Assembly (NCBI GenBank): GCA_016840405.1
Contig: JAEOSK010000007.1
Span: forward strand, 31,256 to 95,255
Length of the DNA stretch: 64,000 bases
From: Candidatus Hermodarchaeum yapensis
GTDB lineage: Archaea > Asgardarchaeota > Hermodarchaeia > Hermodarchaeales > Hermodarchaeaceae
Reading direction: 5' to 3'
Shown here: positions 29,372 through 39,044 of the stretch, in pieces
Position numbering within the stretch: the first letter of the stretch is position 1
Layout of the letters: each line of letters opens with the position of its first letter
Made by a program: the position numbers and the translations under genes
Notes under the pieces: generated by a model
The model's input: only the letters and a program-made list of their open reading frames with translations
Told to the model about the DNA's origin: nothing
Database searches by the model: none

Positions 29372-32185
29372 TTAGGGCTTCTTTGCTGTTTTCTTTGGCT
29401 TTTCTTTTTCCTTTCGGTCTGAAGTTTTAGCAGACTTTGAAGGTTTATCTTTTAAGAGCAGGTTAAATTCTCGGGGTTTTCTCCATTGTCGTTCGGAATG
29501 TAAATCAAGTGTAGCTGCTACAAGGTTGTCCTTAGTGCGTTTCAAAGTGAATCCCATTTTTTTCATCAGCTCTTGAGCTCGAAAGTTATCAGGTAACATA
29601 ATCCCATAGATTTCATCTAATCCTCGTTCAATGCAAATTTCAATCATATAATCAAGCATCTTCGAACCGAGTCCTAGTCGCTGCCATGGATCAGCAACAA
29701 TGAACGCGATTTCTCCTCGTTTTCCGTCTGGTTCTTCAATCAGTCGAACAACACCCAAAATTTTCTCTTTCCCTTTCTCTTGGAGAACTGGAACAATACC
29801 GAGTTCTCGATCATAGTCAATGTTTGTGTATCGAATTCGAACTTCATGGGGCGTATCTTTTATAATTTCAAAGAATCGGTAACGAATTGATTCCTCGCTA
29901 AAATTCTGGAACATTTCTAACCAGAGTAGCTCGTCTTCGGGTTTGATTGGTCGAAATAACACATTTCGTCCATCACGCATACGCCATATCAATTCGTATT
30001 TCTTCGGATAGGGACTAATTACTAGTTCAGATGCTGGGTCGATTCTTTTGTCTATTCGTTCAATATCAATGGCGATTCTTGCATCCAATGCGATAGCCTG
30101 TTTATCGTCAATAAGCATGGGATTAATATCAATCTCAACGATTTCAGGGAAATCTACCATCATCTGAGAAAATTGAACAATGAGTTCTTCGAGGAGTTTG
30201 AGATTTGCAGGCTGTGTTCTTCGGTGTCCTTTTTTCAATATCTGATAAACCCGAGTTTCTTCCATAATTCGTCGTGCCAGAGTCTGGTTTAATGGTGGAA
30301 AACCAATGGCCACATCTTTGAAGAATTCAACACCTACTCCTCCCATACCAAAGAGAACAATCGGACCAAAGAGAGGATCTCTTTTTGCACCTAAAATCAC
30401 TTCTACGCCATCAGATGAGATCATAGGTTGAACGGTTACGCCTTCTATTGTTGCATCAGGATTGTAATTTTTCGCGGATTCAATAATTTGATCAAATGCG
30501 TTTCGTACCTCCAAATCAGAGTTTAGATTTAAAATTACACCTCCAACATCTGATTTATGGCTAATTTCAGGTGAGAGAATCTTTAGTACAACAGGGTAAC
30601 CGATAGTTATCGCTGCCGCAGCTGCTTCGTCGACTGTTGATGCGACCTTTGTTTTCACGACAGGGATGTTGTAATATTCAAGGATTTGTTTTGCTTCAAC
30701 TTCAGTGAGAATAAACCGATTCTGTCGAGCTGCATTTCGAATGATTACTCTTACAGGGCGTTTTGGGGGGCTGCTCTCTGTTGGGAGTTCCTCTGGTGTT
30801 TGATATAACAAATCAAGATTCTGTTTGTATTGATACATATACATATATGCGGCTATAGCTTGTTCGGGTGTCCAATAAGTTGGGAAGCTGTTTTCCACAA
30901 AAATTCGGTTCGCTTCATCAACTTTCTCTGCACCCATGAATGATGTCAGAATTGTCTTATTACATCCCCCTCTTGCATCACACATTCCCACAACAGCTGA
31001 AGCAATATCTGACGCAGCCGTAATTGCCTGAGGTGTGTAGATAATTAGAATTCCATCCACATTAGGATCTTTTAGACAAAGGTCCATAACCGTACGATAG
31101 CGTTCAGCGTCAGCGTCTCCTAGCACATCTATTGGGTTACCATGGCTCCAATAGGACGGGAGGAACTTATCAAGCCTTTTAATTGTTGTTTCATCAAGTT
31201 GTGCAAGCTTTCCACCACGAACGATTAAAGCATCTGCGGCCATCACACCTGGACCTCCAGCATTAGTAATTATTGCTAATCGCGGTCCCTGAGGAAGTGG
31301 CTGCATTCCTAATACTTCAGCAGCATTGAAAAGATCAGTAATTTCCTCAACACGTACAATCCCTGCGCGTTTAAAGGCGGCATCATAGACCATGTCAGAA
31401 CCGGTCAATGATCCCGTGTGTGACGCAGCAGCTTTGGCAGTCTCACTGAATTTTCCGGCTTTAACGACAATCATGGGTTTTATTTTAGCAAAGTGGCGAG
31501 CAGCGCTCATGAACTTTCTGGCTTCTGAAATACCCTCAATGTACATGAGAATACTTCGTGTTTGCGGATCGGTCCCGAAATAATCTATCAAATCACCAAA
31601 GTCGACATCTAGCATCGATCCAACTGACACAAAATGGCTAAATCCGATGTTTTGTACATTTGCCCAATCCAAAATAGCTGAACCCAACGCCCCGCTCTGT
31701 GAAATAAAGGCAATATTACCTGCTTTCGGCATGCTCTCAGCAAAAGTTCCATTTAATTTGATGGTTGGACGAATTACCCCGAAACAATTGGGACCGATGA
31801 TACGCAAATTATACTGATTCTTCAATTCGGTTAGCTGTTTCTCTAAAGCCCGTCCTTCCTCACCGATCTCCCTAAACCCTGCAGAGATAATAATGATTCC
31901 AATTATCCCAGCTTTTCCACATTCTTCGACAATACTTGGAACCGTCTTTGCTGGAGTGGCAATTATCGCCAAATCAATAGAATCTGGAATCTCACCTACT
32001 CTCGGATAGGCTTTTTGACCCATAATTTCCTTTCGCCGAATATTAACTGGGTAAACTTTACCCTCAAAGCCACTTTGTGTAAGATTAGTCATCAGTATCT
32101 GTCCAACCGTTCCCTCTTCTTCACTTGCACCGACGATAGCCACACTTCGCGGGTTGAATATTTTATCTAAGTTCACAGTTACCAT
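29372..32185 (-). CDS. Acetate-CoA ligase (ADP-forming)-family protein fused to GNAT acetyltransferase (Pat/Pka-like)
   Basis: CoA-binding domain, GPNC.G, SQSGA, SHTGS, ATP-grasp HKSDVGGV, C-terminal GNAT V.D.WQRLGLG. Confidence 0.93.
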   Translation of the reverse strand: MVTVNLDKIFNPRSVAIVGASEEEGTVGQILMTNLTQSGFEGKVYPVNIRRKEIMGQKAYPRVGEIPDSIDLAIIATPAKTVPSIVEECGKAGIIGIIIISAGFREIGEEGRALEKQLTELKNQYNLRIIGPNCFGVIRPTIKLNGTFAESMPKAGNIAFISQSGALGSAILDWANVQNIGFSHFVSVGSMLDVDFGDLIDYFGTDPQTRSILMYIEGISEARKFMSAARHFAKIKPMIVVKAGKFSETAKAAASHTGSLTGSDMVYDAAFKRAGIVRVEEITDLFNAAEVLGMQPLPQGPRLAIITNAGGPGVMAADALIVRGGKLAQLDETTIKRLDKFLPSYWSHGNPIDVLGDADAERYRTVMDLCLKDPNVDGILIIYTPQAITAASDIASAVVGMCDARGGCNKTILTSFMGAEKVDEANRIFVENSFPTYWTPEQAIAAYMYMYQYKQNLDLLYQTPEELPTESSPPKRPVRVIIRNAARQNRFILTEVEAKQILEYYNIPVVKTKVASTVDEAAAAAITIGYPVVLKILSPEISHKSDVGGVILNLNSDLEVRNAFDQIIESAKNYNPDATIEGVTVQPMISSDGVEVILGAKRDPLFGPIVLFGMGGVGVEFFKDVAIGFPPLNQTLARRIMEETRVYQILKKGHRRTQPANLKLLEELIVQFSQMMVDFPEIVEIDINPMLIDDKQAIALDARIAIDIERIDKRIDPASELVISPYPKKYELIWRMRDGRNVLFRPIKPEDELLWLEMFQNFSEESIRYRFFEIIKDTPHEVRIRYTNIDYDRELGIVPVLQEKGKEKILGVVRLIEEPDGKRGEIAFIVADPWQRLGLGSKMLDYMIEICIERGLDEIYGIMLPDNFRAQELMKKMGFTLKRTKDNLVAATLDLHSERQWRKPREFNLLLKDKPSKSAKTSDRKEKEKPKKTAKKP

Positions 32186-32306
32186 TGGACGTACCTCCTT
32201 TGTTCTGAATGATTATAATTCGAGGTTCAAACAACTAATTGTGTTGCTTTTGCCTGTACTTCATGGGACATACCGCTTGAATCTGCCCATTTTTTTACTT
32301 GATTCA

Positions 32307-34247
32307 TTATGAAGCCTTCGCTAAAAAGTCCTCTAGAAATATTGCGTATTCACAAGGATGTGTCCCATTCTGAATGAGGGACTTAATGATCCTAATGCGA
32401 CCTTTTCCGGTCTTTGTAACACGAGATAGGATATATTCAATAGCTTTTTTGCGAAATGAACATAACCAGGTTTTTTGTTCATTTTTCACTAGTTTATAGT
32501 AAGGGCAAGTGCGGTATTTGAGGGTAAAGCCTCCTTCAAAATATTCAATTTCCACTTGGATACCAAGCTCTCGGTACATTTCGAGTAGACGATTACCAAC
32601 CTCGTTCAGTGACCATGGATAATCGCGCGGGAAGAGCTCGTCTAATGTTGGTTTTACTTGTGCAAGTGCATCTTTAGCAGAATCTGCAGCGATAGCATCA
32701 CTAACCATTTGTACCACCTCGCTGCGGTGAAGGGGACTAAGACTTGGTTTTCCAACCATTTTTAGTTTAATGTTCAATAGATTTTGAAATGTAGTAATAG
32801 AGACTTCATAACCTAACGCTTCATACATTGCCTGTATCAAAATTCTTTGACTAGCCAAAGTCAGCGGCTCTAACTGGTTGAAGACTAAAGAAAAATTCGC
32901 TTCATCAATAAACCGAAGTTCGGCATTAGGCTGGGCTTGATGCAAATTCCTTTCTATGAATCTTCTAGCTAATCTTCGGATTTTTCCTTCATCTGTTTTT
33001 GCTAACATTTGAATTGCATTGGCAACCCGAAAACCAATATTTCGATATACTTCCTCAAATCGTCGATTATCACTATCATAAACTTTGATGGCGAAAGAAT
33101 CGAATAGCTCTCGAGGAATAGGAATTGAATCCAGAAATTGTTCATTAAGGACACGAAATAGATTCATTTCAACAAGTTGGTCTAATACATCTTGGCTGCC
33201 TTCACCAACAAATTCAATCGTGAAACGCCCTTGGTCATATTCGGTGGCGTATTTGATGAGCTTCCATCCTCGAGTAGCAAGAATCAACGCAAAGCTAACC
33301 ATTGCTATGTTGGCCATTGAAGGTGATGTTGCTTGAAATGCAATATGATATCGATTTTCAGATTCGTGATTTATGCTTAACTGGGTGATCCAATTCATAT
33401 TCTGTCCTGCACGTAAAAGTCCCTCTAGAAATTCTTGAGGCTCTTCGGATAGTTCAGCTGGTTTTAGGAATAATCTTATGTCCTCAATTACTGTTCCCAA
33501 GTCTGCAATTGAACCCTCAAGACTCTTTGCGGCCCAACTCAAAAATGCAGGCCCAACTAATGCTAATTGTTCCTTGAATAACTGTGGTTTGAGTTTTCCT
33601 ATTCTTTCTTCCATTCGTTTAATAACTTCTTGAACTGGGTCACTTCTTCGAACGGCTGCTAAGTCTTTCCGAAGCATCTTCAAAATAATCTCTTTTCGCA
33701 TAATGCGGAGATCAAAATTAATGCCAATTCCTTCCAAGATCAAAGCTTGTTGAAATGCAACCAATTCTGGCATTCGTAAAAACACATTAGGGCGAAGAAT
33801 AATTGTGTTATCCGTTTCACGGTAGGAGGCAATATCAAAGAGTCGTGTAATCTCACCAATTTGTTCAGTGACTGAAAGAAACTCCTTAAAATTAGTAGGA
33901 ACTTTCCAATTGATGGAGCTCCTAATGAGTTCAGTTGTATTCTGTGCCTCGTTTCGTTGCCATTGAATAAACTCGTCTAGGGTCTGATCTGAAAGTGCAA
34001 CCCTTAGAAGTTCATCAAGTAAGTCCTTACGAACTGAAGCTAACTCTATGGCCTCTCGTAGTTTAGTTTGCTCCTCCATTTGTGCCTTTAACGCACAGTC
34101 ATCACAAGAGCCAACCTTATCAACCCGTAGCAAAGTTTCTAATGCTTTCTCAAGCACACGGCTCTTGGTTCCATAAGTACCCGCAAGTTTTGTAAGAATT
34201 TCTCCTGATTTTTTTGGGATTGTGGTATGTATGTGTACCGACAACAT
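32307..34247 (-). CDS. Putative multidomain transcription regulator: N-terminal ribbon-helix-helix, CxxC, repeated V4R-like domains
   Basis: VHIHTTIP...L..LA..YGTKS.VLEKAL (RHH pattern); CDDC; C-terminal CPYY...WLC...CEY. Confidence 0.6.
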   Translation of the reverse strand: MLSVHIHTTIPKKSGEILTKLAGTYGTKSRVLEKALETLLRVDKVGSCDDCALKAQMEEQTKLREAIELASVRKDLLDELLRVALSDQTLDEFIQWQRNEAQNTTELIRSSINWKVPTNFKEFLSVTEQIGEITRLFDIASYRETDNTIILRPNVFLRMPELVAFQQALILEGIGINFDLRIMRKEIILKMLRKDLAAVRRSDPVQEVIKRMEERIGKLKPQLFKEQLALVGPAFLSWAAKSLEGSIADLGTVIEDIRLFLKPAELSEEPQEFLEGLLRAGQNMNWITQLSINHESENRYHIAFQATSPSMANIAMVSFALILATRGWKLIKYATEYDQGRFTIEFVGEGSQDVLDQLVEMNLFRVLNEQFLDSIPIPRELFDSFAIKVYDSDNRRFEEVYRNIGFRVANAIQMLAKTDEGKIRRLARRFIERNLHQAQPNAELRFIDEANFSLVFNQLEPLTLASQRILIQAMYEALGYEVSITTFQNLLNIKLKMVGKPSLSPLHRSEVVQMVSDAIAADSAKDALAQVKPTLDELFPRDYPWSLNEVGNRLLEMYRELGIQVEIEYFEGGFTLKYRTCPYYKLVKNEQKTWLCSFRKKAIEYILSRVTKTGKGRIRIIKSLIQNGTHPCEYAIFLEDFLAKAS

Positions 34248-34268
34248 GAATCCCTCATTTCACAGCGA

Positions 34269-34316
34269 TGTACACTTCTTTATTAATCTTGTACATATTT
34301 TATACTCGAATGTACA
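34269..34316. promoter_or_regulatory. Three TGTACA palindromes at exact 21-bp spacing upstream of the RHH regulator
   Basis: TGTACA at 34269, 34290 and 34311. Confidence 0.6.
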
Positions 34317-34331
34317 TTCAAAGGAGTAAGG

Positions 34332-34352
34332 CAGGCAGCGTTATGCTGCCTG
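34332..34352 (-). terminator. Stem-loop downstream of gdhA
   Basis: caggcagc-gttat-gctgcctg perfect 8-bp stem 20 nt past the stop. Confidence 0.45.
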
Positions 34353-34371
34353 GAAATAGAGTTAGTACCAA

Positions 34372-36132
34372 TTAGATCGGAATACTGAGATGTCTTTTGG
34401 TCGTTAAGCTTTTTCGAGTGCGCATCACGTACCCAATTCGGCTTATTGCTAGCATGTAAGCTGCAATCCGCATTGGAACATCATGCTCTTTGGAGATTGC
34501 AAGAACCTCATGAAACGCTGTGTTCATGATTTTTTGTAACTTCTCTCTTACTTCTTCAACTGTCCAGAAGTAGTTCATTTGATTTTGAACCATTTCGAAA
34601 TAACTTACTGTGACTCCACCTGCATTTGCTAGGATGTCAGGAATCAGGAAGATGTTTTGTTGATGGAGAATTTCATCAGCTTCAGGAGTTGTGGGTCCAT
34701 TTGCGCCTTCAGCGATAACTTTTGCCTTAATCCGTGGGGCATTTTCAGCAGTAATAACGTTCTCAAGAGCTGCAGGAATTAATATCTCACAATCAAGCTC
34801 CAAAAGATCCTGATTACTAATCGGAACAGATTCTGGAAAGTCAACCACCGAACCGGTTTCTTTTTTGTGCTCTCCTACTTTCATGGGATCTAAACCTTCA
34901 GGGCTAAAGCAACCACCTCTCGAATCAGATACACCAATGATTTTACACCCCACTTCACTTAGAATTCGGGCAGCATGAGATCCAACGTTTCCGAAACCTT
35001 GGACAACCACGCGTGCATCCTTTAGCGGAATACCGAGATGCTCAGCGGCGTCAATTACGGTATAAACCAGACCGCGTGAAGTTGCATCGTCACGACCTCT
35101 GGAGCCACCAATTCCCACTGGTTTACCAGTGACGACACCAGGACAATATGTCCCCGTGCATTCTGCATATTCATCCATGATCCAGGTCATCGTTTGTGAG
35201 TTGGTATAGACATCTGGCGCTGGAACATCAATTTGGGGTCCAATGAATCGTACCAGTTCTCGTGTGTAACCTCGTGTTAAGCGTTCTAGTTCGTTGATGG
35301 ACATTTCTTTGGGATTACACCGTATCCCGCCTTTACCGCCACCCAAAGGAAGACCCACGACAGCAGTCTTAAACGTCATCCAAGCTGATAATGCAATAAC
35401 TTCATCTAAGGTCACTTCGGGATGATAACGAATACCCCCTTTAGTAGGACCTAATGCATCATTGTATTGTGATCGGTATCCAGTGAACACCCGAATACCA
35501 CCATCATCCATATGGACGGGGATGTTGACGATGAGAATACGTTGTGGATGACGAAGAACTTCATGAGTGGCTGAGTCTAACCCCAATTTTTCGGCGGCGA
35601 GATCCAGCTGATGAAGGGCTGCTTCATAAGGATTAGGTGTTGGTGTGACTTCTTGAAGTGTTTGAATCTCTATAGCAGTGGCCGTTTCAATTTTATCAAT
35701 TAAATTGTGGCAACAACTATGTGCTTCTTCAAGATCACCGCCATGAATCCATTTGTAATAATCAACTAAAGCCTCACGTCGATTAGCAAGAAGACTTGCC
35801 TCTGCGAAGGACGATTCTTCTGAAAAGTATTCGAACATAGTCGCTAGCATTTCGATTTCTTTTTTAGATAAGCACCCATTCCCTGGTATTTCACCAGGGC
35901 ATTCAACTTTCACATATTCAGCGTTGCGGATTTTTGAAGATAACATGTCAAACATTTTTGAAGTATCTTCTAAGGCAATCTTGTAGTTTTGTGAAAAAAC
36001 CGTCATCAGTGCGTAATGAGCTGATGAGAAGTGTTCCAAACCCGCAGTATCTTTGGGCGAATCAGCAAAGAAGTCAACCATCAACTTCTTTAAGCCTAAT
36101 TCTTTCGGAGTAAGTTCAACCAGGTGGAGCAT
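34372..36132 (-). CDS. gdhA: Glu/Leu/Phe/Val (glutamate) dehydrogenase with ~165-aa N-terminal extension
   Basis: KGGIRYHP, LPLGGGKGG, DVPAPDV, VTGKP, QGFGNVG, EGANGP, NAGGVTVSYFE. Confidence 0.92.
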   Translation of the reverse strand: MLHLVELTPKELGLKKLMVDFFADSPKDTAGLEHFSSAHYALMTVFSQNYKIALEDTSKMFDMLSSKIRNAEYVKVECPGEIPGNGCLSKKEIEMLATMFEYFSEESSFAEASLLANRREALVDYYKWIHGGDLEEAHSCCHNLIDKIETATAIEIQTLQEVTPTPNPYEAALHQLDLAAEKLGLDSATHEVLRHPQRILIVNIPVHMDDGGIRVFTGYRSQYNDALGPTKGGIRYHPEVTLDEVIALSAWMTFKTAVVGLPLGGGKGGIRCNPKEMSINELERLTRGYTRELVRFIGPQIDVPAPDVYTNSQTMTWIMDEYAECTGTYCPGVVTGKPVGIGGSRGRDDATSRGLVYTVIDAAEHLGIPLKDARVVVQGFGNVGSHAARILSEVGCKIIGVSDSRGGCFSPEGLDPMKVGEHKKETGSVVDFPESVPISNQDLLELDCEILIPAALENVITAENAPRIKAKVIAEGANGPTTPEADEILHQQNIFLIPDILANAGGVTVSYFEMVQNQMNYFWTVEEVREKLQKIMNTAFHEVLAISKEHDVPMRIAAYMLAISRIGYVMRTRKSLTTKRHLSIPI

Positions 36133-36162
36133 TTCTTTTCACCTGGTTAAGTTAGAATATAG

Positions 36163-36208
36163 TGTTCAACTATTCAAAGCTTATGTTCATTTTGTTCAAT
36201 AATGTACA
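36163..36208. promoter_or_regulatory. TGTWCA box cluster in the divergent gdhA/KaiC-like promoter
   Basis: TGTTCA at 36163, 36184 and 36193; TGTACA at 36203. Confidence 0.5.
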
Positions 36209-36235
36209 TCAAACAACAACTAGATATATAATGCG

Positions 36236-36997
36236 GTGTTGCTTGTCCATTTTGGGAGTTTAATTTCAATGCGCTGCTCAACAGGGATACCCACGTTGGA
36301 TGAGATATTAGGAAAAGGTTTGATTTTAGGCGAAAATGTAGTTTGGGAATATGAGACCGGAACCTTCATTCATGAGTTCCTTCAAAACTTCATGCGCCAA
36401 GGTATTGTAAAAAAGAATCAAGTCATTTATTTGGATTTCATTTACCCACCACAAGCATTACTATTATTTCTTGAACCGCTAATCAAGTCATTACCAAAAG
36501 GCTGGGAAGAGCATTTACTAGTACTTGATTGCTTTTCAGAATCAGGGGGACGTGGTGAATTAATCTTCACGGATTTCTATGACAAAGCCCCTTCATGGAT
36601 TCGAAAGGTTCCAATGTCTAGAGATGTTGAAAGGTTTCATCATTTCTTCGGTAGAATTGAACGGGAGTTCGTTGGTGATGGAACACGACTTGTAATTAAT
36701 AGCCTTACAGCAATGGAAATCATTTGGGGACAAGATGGTGCCCGATCCTTTTTTGGACATATTTGCCCTGCTTTGTATGCCTATAAAACACTTGCCTATT
36801 GGACAATTAACCGTAAAGCACACAGTCAGGAGTTTCTCGCGGCTATCGAGCATACAACCCAAGTCGTTATTGAACTAGACAAACTTGATAATCAAAGATC
36901 GCTCTGTGTTAAGAAGGCTGGAGGGCGATATGACTCTGAAACTTACAAGCCTCATAATTATACAGTTGATGGGCTTGACATCAAAATAGAAAAATAA
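36236..36997 (+). CDS. KaiC/RAD55-like RecA-fold protein lacking an intact Walker A
   Basis: STGIPTLDEILG.GL..GENVVW, LLVLDCF, LVINSL, QVVIEL..L.V.KA; no GKT/S. Confidence 0.75.
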   Translation: MLLVHFGSLISMRCSTGIPTLDEILGKGLILGENVVWEYETGTFIHEFLQNFMRQGIVKKNQVIYLDFIYPPQALLLFLEPLIKSLPKGWEEHLLVLDCFSESGGRGELIFTDFYDKAPSWIRKVPMSRDVERFHHFFGRIEREFVGDGTRLVINSLTAMEIIWGQDGARSFFGHICPALYAYKTLAYWTINRKAHSQEFLAAIEHTTQVVIELDKLDNQRSLCVKKAGGRYDSETYKPHNYTVDGLDIKIEK

Positions 36998-37040
36998 TTA
37001 CTTCTCTTACGAACAATCCTTGATTCATTGTTATTCTATC

Positions 37041-38891
37041 TCAGGTTAGAGAAAGTTCACCTATGAAACTCAGATCAGTTAGATTATGAAACGTGATTTT
37101 CGAATTTGAAATTGCATAGAACATCGATTCGATGTATCCAGTTCTGCGAATGAACTGATCTCGAAAAGCCCACCAGTCCAATCGGAATGCATCAAGATCT
37201 TCGATATGAGTAATGCGACCCTGAATCGTCAAGGAGGCATTGGCAGGATTCACTGAGAAAACATAAGCACCCTGCCACGATATTGTTCCATGTTCCCGTG
37301 GATCTATGTCGGTGTTATTTGTTAAATATTCGCAAAGTCGGATGGGCATAGAAAGAAGGCCTTTTTCAGGATCAATGAGAATTGCTTTATGGTCTTCAAG
37401 TGCTTCTGAATCAGTTCCTCGTACTCCAAGGATAAGATTCGTGGTTTCCTGTGGGTCAAAGGGATTTGTCGTGTTGAAAAGGCTGATTTTCATACCTTGG
37501 TACCACCAATTGTCACCTTGAATTTCTACATCCTTACCGATTCCGAGTAAATGGTTGCTATCGAGTGGATGTAAGTAATTTGAGAACCCAGGAATCTTTA
37601 GTTCACCAAGAAGTTGCGGATTAGTGGGCTCTGTCAAATTGAAGACAAACAAAGGATCAACCTTATAGAATGTGACCAAAAATCCCATCTTGCCAAGGAA
37701 TCGTGCTGAGTAAATCTGCTCGTTTGGTGCTAACCCTTCGATTGATCCTACTAACTCAAGTTGCATGTTCAAAATACTGAGTCCACTAACTTGTCTTGAG
37801 TTCACATCGTAATACGTGGTAAATACTCGAAGATGCTCTTCATATTCGTCCAAGGAAAATTGGTTAAGAAGATATCCTGCTACAGTTCCGGACGCGGCAT
37901 AAGCTACGGTGTCTTCCATGATTTGTAATCGATGAATTGTTGTAACTGATCCAGCGAACCACTGGTGGGTGGCCAAATACAAGTTATTTTCTGAAACATA
38001 AACGGTGGCACCACTAGTTCCTATCAGAAAGCATTTGACATCTGGAAGGGCTGCAGGTGCTGAAATATCTAGGGTTAGAATTGAAGTATAATGGAAGAAG
38101 GTATCAATCGTTTTTGGGTCATAGAAAATTTGGGATGCTGGAACACGCATATTGATGATGGTTCCCCAAGTACCAGTGATTCCAACCTCTGGAATCAGTG
38201 TATTACCAAACGTATCTTCAGTGGGCATCCCTGCAATTAGATAGATTTTATTTTGAATTAATCGGACTCCAATGAAGTATCCTTCAAAAGTCACCCAGTT
38301 TATCCTTTGAGGATTAGAGGGGTAGGTAACATCGAAGACCTCGATTGATATCCCTTGACTGATCACAACTAGTCTATTTGAGTCATAAAGGAATAGACCC
38401 AGTGGAGAATCCATTGGAGTGATTCTGCCTGCAATTTCGGCCAGCTCTGGGGGATAAGCCCGAATAATGATGACCTCATCATCAACAACTGTATAGATGA
38501 AAGTACCATTGGTCTTGACGATATCTAACTCATCCACACCAGCTACTTGGATATTCGTGGTTGAGTAGGCACCTACAGTTCTTCCTAACCCTGAATCTGA
38601 AAAGGTCCACAACTCAGGCCTGACGCCATACATGCCCTCTCCGAAGATCCCGCGTGGTTGATGTGTTCGAAGATAAAAAACCACTTCCCCATGACTTCCA
38701 AAATTCTGTAACCCCTCCGCTGAAAAATATCTATGCTCTACATACAAAGTCGTAAATACTGATGTCGACAAAATAATCGCTACGAGCGCAAGAATCCGAA
38801 GGGATGGCAATCCCCGTCGGGTCAAAGAAGTATAAACACGGGTTGATCGGAACCTTCGTGAGACTGTCATGTGCAATACTGAGTAATGCAA
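37041..38891 (-). CDS. Membrane-anchored secreted beta-propeller domain protein
   Basis: YSTTNIQVAGVDELDIVKTNG, LLNQFSLDE, IYSARF.G, VTF..VDPLFV, GELKIPGFS.YLHP. Confidence 0.88.
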   Translation of the reverse strand: MHYSVLHMTVSRRFRSTRVYTSLTRRGLPSLRILALVAIILSTSVFTTLYVEHRYFSAEGLQNFGSHGEVVFYLRTHQPRGIFGEGMYGVRPELWTFSDSGLGRTVGAYSTTNIQVAGVDELDIVKTNGTFIYTVVDDEVIIIRAYPPELAEIAGRITPMDSPLGLFLYDSNRLVVISQGISIEVFDVTYPSNPQRINWVTFEGYFIGVRLIQNKIYLIAGMPTEDTFGNTLIPEVGITGTWGTIINMRVPASQIFYDPKTIDTFFHYTSILTLDISAPAALPDVKCFLIGTSGATVYVSENNLYLATHQWFAGSVTTIHRLQIMEDTVAYAASGTVAGYLLNQFSLDEYEEHLRVFTTYYDVNSRQVSGLSILNMQLELVGSIEGLAPNEQIYSARFLGKMGFLVTFYKVDPLFVFNLTEPTNPQLLGELKIPGFSNYLHPLDSNHLLGIGKDVEIQGDNWWYQGMKISLFNTTNPFDPQETTNLILGVRGTDSEALEDHKAILIDPEKGLLSMPIRLCEYLTNNTDIDPREHGTISWQGAYVFSVNPANASLTIQGRITHIEDLDAFRLDWWAFRDQFIRRTGYIESMFYAISNSKITFHNLTDLSFIGELSLT

Positions 38892-39044
38892 AGACCTTTA
38901 ATCTAAAGATTAGAACGCATCAAATGAAGGTGTTCAACGATTTAGAACGGCTCTATCACCTCAAACATTGATAACGTTTATACACCACTCACCTTCTCGT
39001 GCCTATAGGTCACAATTCAACCATTATTACATGAGGGTTCAAGC

